Both the position numbers and the translations under genes were made by a program. The notes below the pieces were generated by a model. The model did no database searches and was not told the DNA's origin. It saw only the letters and a program-made list of their open reading frames with translations. A DNA stretch of 64,000 nucleotides from Amoebidium appalachense (Eukaryota; Protista; Ichthyosporea): assembly GCA_963693365.1 (NCBI GenBank), contig CAVNZM010000003.1, positions 12,863,252 through 12,927,251 on the forward strand. Reading direction: 5' to 3'. Positions 48,396 through 58,345 of the stretch are shown piece by piece. Positions within the stretch are counted from its first letter, which is position 1. Every line of letters starts with the position of its first letter.

Positions 48396-48650
48396 ATGAA
48401 CCAAGTGGTCGAAACCAACATGTGTGCGTGGTGGACCACTGCAACTCTGTCTGCTCTCGCTCTAGCGTACTCCTTGTGGGTGCTGAATAGACCGCCCAGG
48501 CTCAGTCTCCCAGTTGATGGCAGCCGGGCCCCGCCGCGTATGGTGCGCGAGTGCCGTCACCCCGCGTCGCCGGTTGCTTCAAGGACAAGGGCAAAGGTGA
48601 AGGCCAAATCGGTGATTCTACAGCAACCACAAATAAAACACTGCATGTAA
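48396..48650 (+). CDS. Small putative membrane protein
   Basis: WWTTATLSALALAYSLWVL followed by a basic tail. Confidence 0.45.
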   Translation: MNQVVETNMCAWWTTATLSALALAYSLWVLNRPPRLSLPVDGSRAPPRMVRECRHPASPVASRTRAKVKAKSVILQQPQIKHCM

Positions 48651-48681
48651 ACACGTAATCAACTGGTTGTATATACAGATT

Positions 48682-48684
<3 letters not shown>

Positions 48685-48732
<48 letters not shown>

Positions 48733-48749
48733 GTGTGCGTGTGTGCGTG

Positions 48750-48848
<99 letters not shown>

Positions 48849-48875
48849 TGGTGGTGGTGGTGGTGGGGGGGGGGG
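48685..48875. repeat. (TG)n/(TGG)n/poly-G microsatellite
   Basis: Seen directly. Confidence 0.95.
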
Positions 48876-48946
48876 CAATGCATGAATTGCGTCGTCTCAT
48901 GGCATTTTTTTTGCATTAACAGTACGGCCAAAATCTATTCGAAACA

Positions 48947-49936
48947 ATGGCCACCGAGGAGATGGTGCAGTACAGCACCACGCCAATCGCGCTCTATCTG
49001 GGCACGCACATTGGGCTGGGGATGTCTGTGTTGGAACAGGACATGCCAACTGGCGCCTCTGCCCGCTCTGCATACGCAGCACCGGGCTCGCTGGGTGAGA
49101 GCCCAGATGTTTCAAAGGCCACAACAGTGTACGACAGGCTAAAATTGTACTTTCTGGGTGCTATGACACTGACCAGCGCACTGCGCCAGCCCTGGTTTGT
49201 GTGCAGACACCTGAAACGTGAGCTGGGGCTGCGAAAGATAGCACACATAGCAGCCCTGCCAGCCACACTGCCATCGCAGAAGTGGCTTTTCCAACACTCG
49301 CAGTATATGCTGGACACCATATACCCCCCCCAGATGCTAGCTGCTGTGCACTTTTATGCTACTAACTCCAATCCAGTCAACGAGGCACTCAGAGAGAAGG
49401 ACACTGGTGCTGTGTTCAACCCCAAAGCTTGCATGAATCACTTCAAATTTAAGCACCTGTACGACGAGGCAAAGGCAGTCCTGACCGGGCTGGTCAGAGA
49501 GAACCTTTGCAACACAAAATGGAGTGTGGGTGAACTTATTGGTCTCTTAGACGATGCCATAGATTTGGTGGATCCGACTCCCACCACATTTGTTGTATTC
49601 AGGGGGCTCGGTGGAAGCTATGCACAGCATGTTCTGCAGGAGCTACACTCACAGGTTCTTGTTGAAATAGCAAACAAGTCTTATATGTCCACTGCTGGTC
49701 TGCATGATGTGGCTCTTTGGTTTGCAAATCAATCACAAAAAAGGCTCTTGCTTGTTCTGACGGTGCCAAAGGGCTCAAAATGTTTTCCTGTTATGGGGCT
49801 CTTCCCCTTGACTAACCAAACAGAAATACTGTTTCCAAGAGGTACCACTGTTAGACTGTATGCAAACACACTGGGCATAATCCATACAGAGGATGGTGAG
49901 TGCCCTGTGGTTAGAGGGTCTATTTACACAGTTTAA
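48947..49936 (+). CDS. R-S-E clade (VIP2/C3-like) ADP-ribosyltransferase
   Basis: Y.....VNEALR, VVFRG (Arg), YMSTA (STS-like), LTVPKGSK and QTEILFPRG (Q-x-E). Confidence 0.85.
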   Translation: MATEEMVQYSTTPIALYLGTHIGLGMSVLEQDMPTGASARSAYAAPGSLGESPDVSKATTVYDRLKLYFLGAMTLTSALRQPWFVCRHLKRELGLRKIAHIAALPATLPSQKWLFQHSQYMLDTIYPPQMLAAVHFYATNSNPVNEALREKDTGAVFNPKACMNHFKFKHLYDEAKAVLTGLVRENLCNTKWSVGELIGLLDDAIDLVDPTPTTFVVFRGLGGSYAQHVLQELHSQVLVEIANKSYMSTAGLHDVALWFANQSQKRLLLVLTVPKGSKCFPVMGLFPLTNQTEILFPRGTTVRLYANTLGIIHTEDGECPVVRGSIYTV

Positions 49937-49946
49937 ACATGTGCTC

Positions 49947-52590
49947 TTACTGTACGGAAACGTTTGGACCATATGTTGGTTTAAAGTTATAAACAGAATC
50001 AAAGCTCAATGCAGATATGCCAGCATATGTGCTTGCCTGTAGTGTTCCACCAAATGCTTTGTTGATGGGAGCTGGGTCCTCTCCTGTAAAAGCTGAGCCA
50101 GTAGTACACGTTATTGCTCCTGGGGTGAGTGGTGCAGCATTGAGGATGTTGTAAGCACCAACACTTCTGTCGTATCCAAAAATGTCGCAATTGCGAATAA
50201 AAGAGGCGGACACTTGCAAAGCCAAGTTCCCAGAGAGAAGGAAGTAGTTTTCCCATAAATTGAACATCCCATGGATTTGAGATGGGTTCCAGAACTGGCC
50301 ATTGTTCATGGTGTTGCCCATAATGACAACAGGGAATTGTGTGATGACAGCCGTCCCTTTGTTGTGGTGGACAGACCCTCCTCCCACAACCGACCATCCA
50401 CGTAACTCCTCAAATCTATTGCGTAGAATGTTTGGCCCCGATACATTGGAAAGCCGCACTCCTGCCTCAAGGCCATACAAGAAGTTGGCTTCTATGGTCA
50501 CCGGGAAGATGTTTCCTGATACCTGGATGCCCTGTGCCGTACCTCCATAAAGTGAGTTGCTGCGGACATGAATCCTTCTACCACTGTCAGTGACACCCTC
50601 AACGTGAATGAGAGCAGGGCATTTAGACACCCAACCAGGGTCGGGCACGGGTACTGGCCCGGCAGCAGTGTCCCATTGTGCAATGATGTTGCATTCCGAG
50701 ACCATGACATCTAAGCCATCTTGCACGAGGATCACGGACTGTCTAGGGAACAACAAGCTGTTGGTTGCTGTGACATTTTTCACTTTTGCGTTGTTGCAGT
50801 TTAGCAGATGTATCATGCCCTTTGGTGCGTTGGTAAGATGGCCAGTGCCTACACTGTTGTCAATATCCAGGCTTTCCACCACCACGTCGGTTGAGTTGGC
50901 GACATGGAATGTTGGACAGCTCTTCGCAGCGATCACCACTGCCTGGCGAATGTTGTGCACTCTGACGTTTGAGCAAAAGTTGATGTACACCGCACGCATG
51001 CTAGTGTCCAGCGTCAGATCAGAAATCTCGACCTGGTTGGAGCGCTCCACTTGGAGTGCGAATGCAATGTCATTGCCTGTGAAAGGCACAAATGGCCTGG
51101 TGCCCTTGTGTTTGACCAGCACATTCCTGATCTTGACAGAAGACTCGCTGGGATACTCCAGGTCTGTGGTGTCGGGCACAGTATCAATTGGTGGCCCCAG
51201 AAACTGTAGCCAATACTAAGTAGCGATGCATGGGCTTGGCAGCTGGTGGTGCGCTCACAAGGACTGTCAGGTTTTCGATGCTGAGGGAGCAGCCCTCCAG
51301 ATCCCACGGTTTCAGGGGGTCCACTTTGGGAGGGTTATTGGCAAAGAAAATGTGGCGGCATGCGTCGTAGTAGATGAGACCGCCTTGACTACCGTTGTCT
51401 CCATCCTGCATGGCAGCAAGCTCAGCAGCGTCGGTGAAACTGAGAATTGTAGATTCTCCCACGCCAAGTATCTGGATATCCATGTCGCGGTATGCCATGT
51501 TGCTGATGTGCAGACGCTGCTTGAGCTCGTATCTGCCAGGGCCCAGCCGCACTACACCCTTGCATGTCATAAGGTCCAGACACTTCCACAGCAAGAATGA
51601 GTGGTCACAGTATACAATTGCATGGCCATTCCATTGCTCTGATCCTGCATTTGGTGTGCCTACATTCTCAACAACATCTGTGCGTGGGTGTGTGGTAAAT
51701 TGTGTGTTTGTATAAGGGTCCTTGTTGCTCTTGAGTCGCTCCTCTGGGTTGTGGGGCTTTTCCACTGGCAGAACATGTGCCTCCTTGATGACAGCAAGCC
51801 CGTCCTTGCCCACGTTCTCCACAAGCAGGTAGCCAAAGTTTGTGTACACATACCTACAGCCAGCTGCAGCAAGAATCATGCGCTCTGTCAGGTTCTGCGA
51901 TATAAACACGTCTGCATTGTCATGTAGTGCCTGCATGGCCTTCTCGCCGTCAAGCTGGCCCTGCACAAGGTCCGAGATCTGGACAATGTTCTGCTGCAGT
52001 TTTTGATTAATCTGCTCTATGTCCAACCCCCTGCTATCTAGTGCCTGTTTTAGCACATTTAGCTGGTGCGCAACCTCAGCTGTTCCACCTGCAATGAGCT
52101 GGTTGGCCCATTGCTTGACAACGTCTCCAAATGTTCCAGTGGCTGGCTGCTCTACAGCTACCTCCCAGCCCAGCTGGGCAAAGATCCCCACCATGGTGGC
52201 CACCTTGCCTGCAAGTGGTTTGAGGGCGTCATCCACCCCCTTCAACATGTCATTGAGAGTGGAGAGGCTCTCGCTGAGATCTCCATCCTTTGTTACAAGA
52301 GTCCCTGTGTTAGATACACGTAGCAGCTCCTTGCCTGAATCATTGCGCACACACAGATAGTATTTGCGCACTAGGAGGGGGCTGGTGAATGTTGATGTAG
52401 GAACAGGTGTGACTGTGATTCTGTTCTCGCTTGTATTTACGTCTACAACTGTGTACATGCTCTCTGTGGTAAAAATCTCGGTGCCAGGTTGCAGAAGGTC
52501 TGTGTTTTGTGGGCGAGTGAGTACCACAACAGCTTCCCTCTCACGGAAAGAAGCTTGATCCGAAATGCGCACTAGATAGCCAGTCGACAT
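49947..52590 (-). CDS. Fibre/tailspike-like protein: coiled coil plus right-handed beta-helix; one gene of about 880 aa split by a 1-nt frameshift at about 51195
   Basis: GVVRLGPGRY...IQILGVGESTIL beta-helix cap in the upstream ORF; N/I/V-rich pectate-lyase-like repeats downstream. Deleting one G in TGGGGCC gives SG|PPIDTVPD in frame. Confidence 0.65.
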
Positions 52591-52749
52591 TTGTGCGTTG
52601 TCGGGTCATATGGTACAAAAGGAAACACAAAAAGTTGGCCATACCAGGAAGGCTTCCAAAAATGAGGGGAATGATTGGTGTTTGAACGGCGGGCAGATGG
52701 TGCCTGTTTATTGAAAAACTGTGGTTTGCCCTTTTTGCATACACATACC

Positions 52750-53105
52750 CCACCCTCTATCTCCCCACCTCCCCCCTCCCCCTCCCCTATCTCCTCCCTT
52801 CTACCCCCCCCCCTCCCCTTATCCCCTTCTATCCCTCCCCCTCCTCCCCCTTCTACCCCCCCCCTCCCCTTATCTCCTCCCCTTCTATCCTTCCCCTTCT
52901 ATCCTTCCCCTTCTATCCCTCCCCCCTCCTCCCCCTTCTACCCCCCTCCCCCCCCCCTTCCTATCCCTCCCCTTCTATCCCTCCCCCTCCTCCCCCTTCT
53001 ACCTCCCCCCCCCCACTCCCCTTATCTCCTCCCCTTCTATCCCTCCCCTCCCCCCCCATCCCATCCCCTTCTATCCCCCCCTCCCCCCTCCCCCTCCCCT
53101 TCCCT
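52750..53105. repeat. Polypyrimidine (CCCCTTCTA/CCCTC) low-complexity tract
   Basis: Almost entirely C/T; the opposite strand is G-quadruplex-prone. Confidence 0.9.
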
Positions 53106-53107
53106 TT

Positions 53108-53848
53108 TCACCCAATGGTGCGTCTGTATCTGGGCAGCACACCCCAGACAGACTCTGTCTGCACAATCTTCCGCAGAGCCACTGCATCTGCCAGGGCCGA
53201 GTGGGCATTCTCAAAGCTTCCACCCACAAGGGCTTTGTAGAGTGTAGCCAGCTTCATGTTTTCCATTGCCACACGGTCCTTCTTGCGCAGTCCGCATGCT
53301 ATGTCCATTGTGTCCACAAAGTGTGTGACATTGCTGGGTAGGGCCAATCCAGCCCTCTGTAGTGCCTGTTGGAGAAATGGAATGTCAAACTTGCGGGCGT
53401 TGTGGGCCACCAGCACTCCTGTAGACCCAGGGGGCACTGCCTTTGCAACATAGTTGATGAACTTGCTGGCCACGTGTGCAAAATCCTGGGCCTGCATGAG
53501 CTCACCGGCGGTAGTTTGCATAGCCTCGAGGACAAAGTTAGGGGGCACCCTGCCATTGTCTGGGCGGGCAGTCTCGCAGAAAGTCTCTGTGGGCTCTCCC
53601 GTGCTACCACCAGCTATGGTGCAGCCTATCTGTACGATGGAGTCATTGGTAGGGGAGAGTCCAGTGGTCTCCAAATCAAATGCCAGGTAGACTGCCGTGC
53701 CTACTGTGGCCACCTGTGGGTATGGCGGATCATGCCGACAAGGCCCAATGCAACCTGTGCGGCGGGGGTAGGCCTGGGGGCGGGCTGGCCTTGTGAGGGC
53801 AATTGTCTGGGTAGCAGCCTTCATGGTCAAGAGCCCTTTCACATCCAT
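53108..53848 (-). CDS. DEDDh 3'-5' exonuclease (DnaQ/RNase T-like)
   Basis: AFDLETTGL (ExoI), VAHNARKFDIPFL (ExoII), AHSALADA (ExoIII). Confidence 0.93.
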   Translation of the reverse strand: MDVKGLLTMKAATQTIALTRPARPQAYPRRTGCIGPCRHDPPYPQVATVGTAVYLAFDLETTGLSPTNDSIVQIGCTIAGGSTGEPTETFCETARPDNGRVPPNFVLEAMQTTAGELMQAQDFAHVASKFINYVAKAVPPGSTGVLVAHNARKFDIPFLQQALQRAGLALPSNVTHFVDTMDIACGLRKKDRVAMENMKLATLYKALVGGSFENAHSALADAVALRKIVQTESVWGVLPRYRRTIG

Positions 53849-53862
53849 TGCACAGAAAAAAA

Positions 53863-54612
53863 ATGTGGCATACAACAGGAGTGTGTATCCTGGCTGCAAT
53901 AGAAGTCGCCATGGCTGATGTTGTGGAATCATGGGTAGTGGTTTTGAACTTGCTGCAAGGGTCCCAGGCAGCACTGGCTAGTGCGCTTATACAGACAGCA
54001 TGGCAATTAGAAGGCTGTAAACTCCTGGTGGGCAACAAGCTGACGGACAAAGTCACTGTAAGTGGACAAGCACGTCATGTAGCGCTCAGTGAAGTAGCCT
54101 CACTAGGAGGGTTATCCGACCTGGCCTCGCAGCTATCGCAGAGTGCAAAACCACCACAGACCATAGTGGTGCAGATTCTGGCCGACTCTGGCAATGGGTC
54201 AGACCCACTTACACTCACGCGGCGTGTGCTGCAGATCATTCCAGACACCAAGTTGGTTCACTGCCCCAGCTTTGGGTTTCTTGAAAAGCTATTCCAACAG
54301 CTGGTACACACCGACACCAGCCTGCACCGGTTTTTCGCATCTCACGGTGCCCTCTGTGGCTTGTCTGCGGCTGCGGGTGCTGGATCCGAGGGGCTACTTA
54401 ACAGCATACGCTGGCTGCTGGGGTGTGTGTGCCGTCGGCAAGTCAGAAGGCACATACCTGGCCCAGCGGGTCATATGGACATCTTATATGACACCGACCT
54501 GGTTGGTGTGCAATGGGGTGCAATTGATGTGGATTATCTGACCAGGCTGTACCAGGACATGCACTGTGGGCGGCCCACCAAGTGGGTGTTCTTGCTGTTG
54601 GACAAAATATAG
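53863..54612 (+). CDS. Hypothetical protein co-oriented upstream of the methyltransferase
   Basis: ORF with ATG at 53863 or 53911; no family recognised. Confidence 0.55.
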   Translation: MWHTTGVCILAAIEVAMADVVESWVVVLNLLQGSQAALASALIQTAWQLEGCKLLVGNKLTDKVTVSGQARHVALSEVASLGGLSDLASQLSQSAKPPQTIVVQILADSGNGSDPLTLTRRVLQIIPDTKLVHCPSFGFLEKLFQQLVHTDTSLHRFFASHGALCGLSAAAGAGSEGLLNSIRWLLGCVCRRQVRRHIPGPAGHMDILYDTDLVGVQWGAIDVDYLTRLYQDMHCGRPTKWVFLLLDKI

Positions 54613-54725
54613 ACATCTAGTGTGCATGTGTGTGCCCAAACAAGCTGAGTTTGGCGTATCTGCGGCTGGTTGTCATATATTTTCGTTCCCATAACAAGGC
54701 AGTGACGGCTTGGCCTTTCAGCCTG

Positions 54726-55631
54726 ATGGTTCTTTATTTGGTAGACCTCTTCTGTGGTGCAGGCGGCTACTCCCAGGGTGCACACAGAGCTGGGGCGGTT
54801 GTGGCCGTGGCTGTTGACTGCTGGCCTGTGGCCCTCCGTGTGCACAGTGCCCACCATCCCACTGCAAAACACATAGAAACAACTCTGGGGGCTGTGCCCC
54901 CTGTGGAATTTGCGGCCTACCTGCGGGCCCAACTGCCACCGCTGAACCCGAATGACCGTGTGTTGATGCACTGCAGCCCACCGTGTACCCAACTCAGCCG
55001 AGTGAATCATGCACACCGGCGTGTTGAGGAAGGTCTTGCGCTTGTGCAATATTCCATTGATGTCATTCGTGCCTTCAAGCCTGACGCATTTACCATCGAG
55101 CAGGTCCCTGTGGTGGAGGTACAGGCATTGTTTCGGCGAGAGGGTGTGCAGTTTGTCATTGTAGATATGAGCAAGTATGGTTGCCCCCAGCGCCGTCGTC
55201 GCATTTTTGGCTACGGGGGCTTTGATTTAGCCACCTTGCCGCGCAGGCCTCCGGTTTTGAGCTGGCGGGACTGTCTGGACCCACCACAATGTGCTGTGTA
55301 TGTGACCAACTCCTCGCTCAGCCCAGGCCGGGTGAACCATCCCGTATACGGCAGGAGGCGGCGGCGGCTGGATGGGACATATCTAGGGTTTTTCACAATC
55401 ACCAGCAACGCATTCCGCTACTTTGACAAAGACATGGTACTTGTGGGCCGGTTGCGTGGCCGTGAAAAGGAGCTTCTTCAAACGTTTCCTGCTGGGTATG
55501 TGACCAATCATGTTGTGGAAACAAGCATATGTGACCGCATAATTGGCAACTCTGTTCCCCCTGCATTCGCACAGGCCGTGGTGGAACACTTGTTGTCATA
55601 TCATGGGACCATACCACTAGCCCAAACATAG
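54726..55631 (+). CDS. C5-cytosine DNA methyltransferase (compact, viral/prokaryotic type)
   Basis: DLFCGAGG (motif I), SPPC (IV), IEQV (VI variant), YGCPQRRRRIF (VIII), LQTFP (IX), IGNSVPP (X). Confidence 0.93.
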   Translation: MVLYLVDLFCGAGGYSQGAHRAGAVVAVAVDCWPVALRVHSAHHPTAKHIETTLGAVPPVEFAAYLRAQLPPLNPNDRVLMHCSPPCTQLSRVNHAHRRVEEGLALVQYSIDVIRAFKPDAFTIEQVPVVEVQALFRREGVQFVIVDMSKYGCPQRRRRIFGYGGFDLATLPRRPPVLSWRDCLDPPQCAVYVTNSSLSPGRVNHPVYGRRRRRLDGTYLGFFTITSNAFRYFDKDMVLVGRLRGREKELLQTFPAGYVTNHVVETSICDRIIGNSVPPAFAQAVVEHLLSYHGTIPLAQT

Positions 55632-55970
<339 letters not shown>

Positions 55971-56020
55971 CTGTTTGTTGGCTGTATTTATTTTCTGGGC
56001 ACAAGCGAAAGACCAGTACA

Positions 56021-56233
56021 ATGTCTACTCTGAAGTGCAAGTATAGCTCAAGGGCGTGCAAGCCTGGGCGCAGGTGCCCGTTGTGCTTGGGCCTGGTGAC
56101 AACCAGCAGGACAAAGGCCATGCTAGTTACGGCAAAGCCTCCCACCAAGAGGGAAGAAGTCAACCTATGCTGGCAGTGCTGTGAGGCTAGTGGTGGGCAC
56201 ACACAGGCTTGCCCTAGTCGTATCAAAGTGTAA
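56021..56233 (+). CDS. Small Cys-rich, putative zinc-binding protein (70 aa)
   Basis: C...C...CPLC and CWQC...H...C; ACAATG start. Confidence 0.45.
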   Translation: MSTLKCKYSSRACKPGRRCPLCLGLVTTSRTKAMLVTAKPPTKREEVNLCWQCCEASGGHTQACPSRIKV

Positions 56234-56318
56234 ACGCAAACTGGCCTCTGTGTGTGCAAAAGTGTGGATATACCAGCGTATTATCAGCAGACAATCATCT
56301 CTTGGATTATACAAAATA

Positions 56319-57143
56319 ATGCAGCCTCTGGTGCTTGCCAGATGGTTGTTTTCTTCAAAATCTGGCATTCTGTTAGCCATACTGGGTGTGTTTTGCGGCC
56401 GCACATGGATGTTGCCACATGTACGCCAGCAACTTGCTGTTGGCTGGCTCTTTGGGGTGCCTTGGACTGGCATCATCACTATGTCCATGCAGTGGACGGT
56501 TTATGCATGGGTAGGAATCGACGCTATGGACCACACAGTGTGTGGTGCCTGGGCTGCAGGATGGATTGGTTCTGCCCTTGTTGTTTTTCCGCCGTTTGTA
56601 TACAGTGCAGTTATGTGCTATAGGGTGTGTGCAGTAACCACGGTTGTTCGTGCTATAGGGCCCAGTCTGTACACCCTTCTTCTCATTTTATTTGCCCCAG
56701 TTTTTTTAGGCATAGCCGGGGCATGCCTGACAGGTGCATACGATCCTTGGGGTTACTTTCAGCTATTCTTGCGCGCCTCTGCCATATGTGGGAATATTAT
56801 CTGTGCTTGTCTTCTCCTCTGGATTCTCCGTGATAAGAACATCAAAAAGGCTGCAGCCATCACTGCTGCACTGCTGGCACAGGCCGCATTGGCAGGAGCC
56901 CACATGGTCTTTGACAACGTATTCTGGACAGTATGGGAGGACAAGCTTTCCATTGATGACCACTTTCTGGTTGGAGGTTTGTTGGCCATCTTGGCCTTTG
57001 ACTTACAGGCTGTATGTCTACTGGCCCTCTGGCTTGCAGCCGTGTCTGTGCTTGACGTGCCAGACCACCCGTTTCTTGTCTTCATTCAAGTAGCCCCATT
57101 AAGGCCACCATTAGCAAATTCCCCTTCTACACAGAGATTCTGA
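56319..57143 (+). CDS. Polytopic membrane protein (about 7-8 hydrophobic segments)
   Basis: Successive long hydrophobic stretches; no family recognised. Confidence 0.7.
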   Translation: MQPLVLARWLFSSKSGILLAILGVFCGRTWMLPHVRQQLAVGWLFGVPWTGIITMSMQWTVYAWVGIDAMDHTVCGAWAAGWIGSALVVFPPFVYSAVMCYRVCAVTTVVRAIGPSLYTLLLILFAPVFLGIAGACLTGAYDPWGYFQLFLRASAICGNIICACLLLWILRDKNIKKAAAITAALLAQAALAGAHMVFDNVFWTVWEDKLSIDDHFLVGGLLAILAFDLQAVCLLALWLAAVSVLDVPDHPFLVFIQVAPLRPPLANSPSTQRF

Positions 57144-57980
57144 CCAGACCTTGTGCCGTGAGCATGGCTGGCAAAGCATGGCTGACAGTCTGTTTCTCTG
57201 TATGCCGCAATAGCCATCAAAATACATCCATGGGGTTGTGGCTGGGCTGAGGACCACCCGCTGCAAGTCAAGCCTGACCCCTGTCCCAGGACCACATAGC
57301 AGGCCTGTGCGTGTAAATGTGTGGGGAGATGGTAGAAGCTGGTGTGTATTCTTCGTGCAGTAGACGATGGGCCGGCTCCCGCCTTTGGTGTCCTTTTTCA
57401 ATCGACCCCAAGGAACCCATGTGCCCGCGTGGTTTCCTGTAGACAGAAACATCTTTTCAGGCCTCAGGCAGTTGGCTGATGGATCGGGGGTGGGTGCCAA
57501 CACAACCTCCATCTTCACCCACTGTCCTGTTTTGATGTAGAGGGTGTCTTTTTTAGCAGGGAAGAACAGCAGGTATACAAGCACAAGACGTTGCTTGCCC
57601 TTGTGCTGGACCGGTTGAACAAAGCAGTACATTGGGGCGGTGCGGGGTGAGTCTTCCTCTGATTTGTTTGCCCCCAGTTCAGGTACAAGTACACAATCGT
57701 TGTGTGTGGGCGTCTGCCCCAGAGTCATAAAGTCTGTATGTGGACACACAACCTCGCTGGTCCTGCGGTTGACTAGCCTGCAGGCAGCGACATAGTGCTC
57801 AAAGGAGCATGGAGGGTGTTTTTCTTTTCTGTGTAGATAGACCAGTGGTGTGTATTGCTCCAGTACAGCGAGAAAAAGGCTGTTTGTGTATGGTGTGGGC
57901 ACAAAGAGGGGAACATCGGATGATCTGAGCTGACTGCCCCCCACCAAAGGCCGAGTGAACGTGCTTGGTTGGTCAGACAT
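57111..57980 (-). CDS. Vps62-like protein
   Basis: YTPLVYLH..E..PPCS, APMY, YLLFFP, G.W, FLS....G.W..W, RPIVY....TH and PW..F.G. Confidence 0.65.
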   Translation of the reverse strand: MSDQPSTFTRPLVGGSQLRSSDVPLFVPTPYTNSLFLAVLEQYTPLVYLHRKEKHPPCSFEHYVAACRLVNRRTSEVVCPHTDFMTLGQTPTHNDCVLVPELGANKSEEDSPRTAPMYCFVQPVQHKGKQRLVLVYLLFFPAKKDTLYIKTGQWVKMEVVLAPTPDPSANCLRPEKMFLSTGNHAGTWVPWGRLKKDTKGGSRPIVYCTKNTHQLLPSPHTFTRTGLLCGPGTGVRLDLQRVVLSPATTPWMYFDGYCGIQRNRLSAMLCQPCSRHKVWSESLCRRGIC

Positions 57981-58206
57981 TATACCACATTATGCATAAG
58001 GCAACAAAAAAATAAAGCATACACAATGTAAGAGTTTGTTGGTGCGACAGACACTGGCTAGTCTTCCCCGTGCTTGGCCATGCTGTCGTGTTTTGTCTCG
58101 ATATATTTTTCCACCCTTTGTAGACCTTCCCTGAAATGAACTACATCATACACTAAAAGAAGGGTGTGTGTGTCTATAATTCCTTTGTAGGCACCTATTC
58201 TTTTGG

Positions 58207-58345
58207 CTGATACCGTTTAGCATGACATCTATACATAACAATAAACAACCCTATAGAACCCTACAGAGCGTCTAGAGCCATGCTTCAATGTCCGCCAGCA
58301 TTAGGCCGGTACAGGCAAAGGCTGGGGGGTACCCAGCCGCTGGGA
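58207..58345 (-). ncRNA. Putative Fanzor2/TnpB omega-RNA scaffold at the IS607 right end
   Basis: Overlaps the ORF 3' end. Stems GGCTGGG/CCCAGCC, AGCATGGC/GTCATGCT, CTCTGTAG/CTATAGGG and TACCG/CGGTA; ends ...CGGTATCAG. Exact boundary inferred. Confidence 0.5.

Noticed and set aside
52675-53341. Proline-rich extensin-like proteins
   Set aside because: Translation of a C/T low-complexity tract, partly antisense to the exonuclease.
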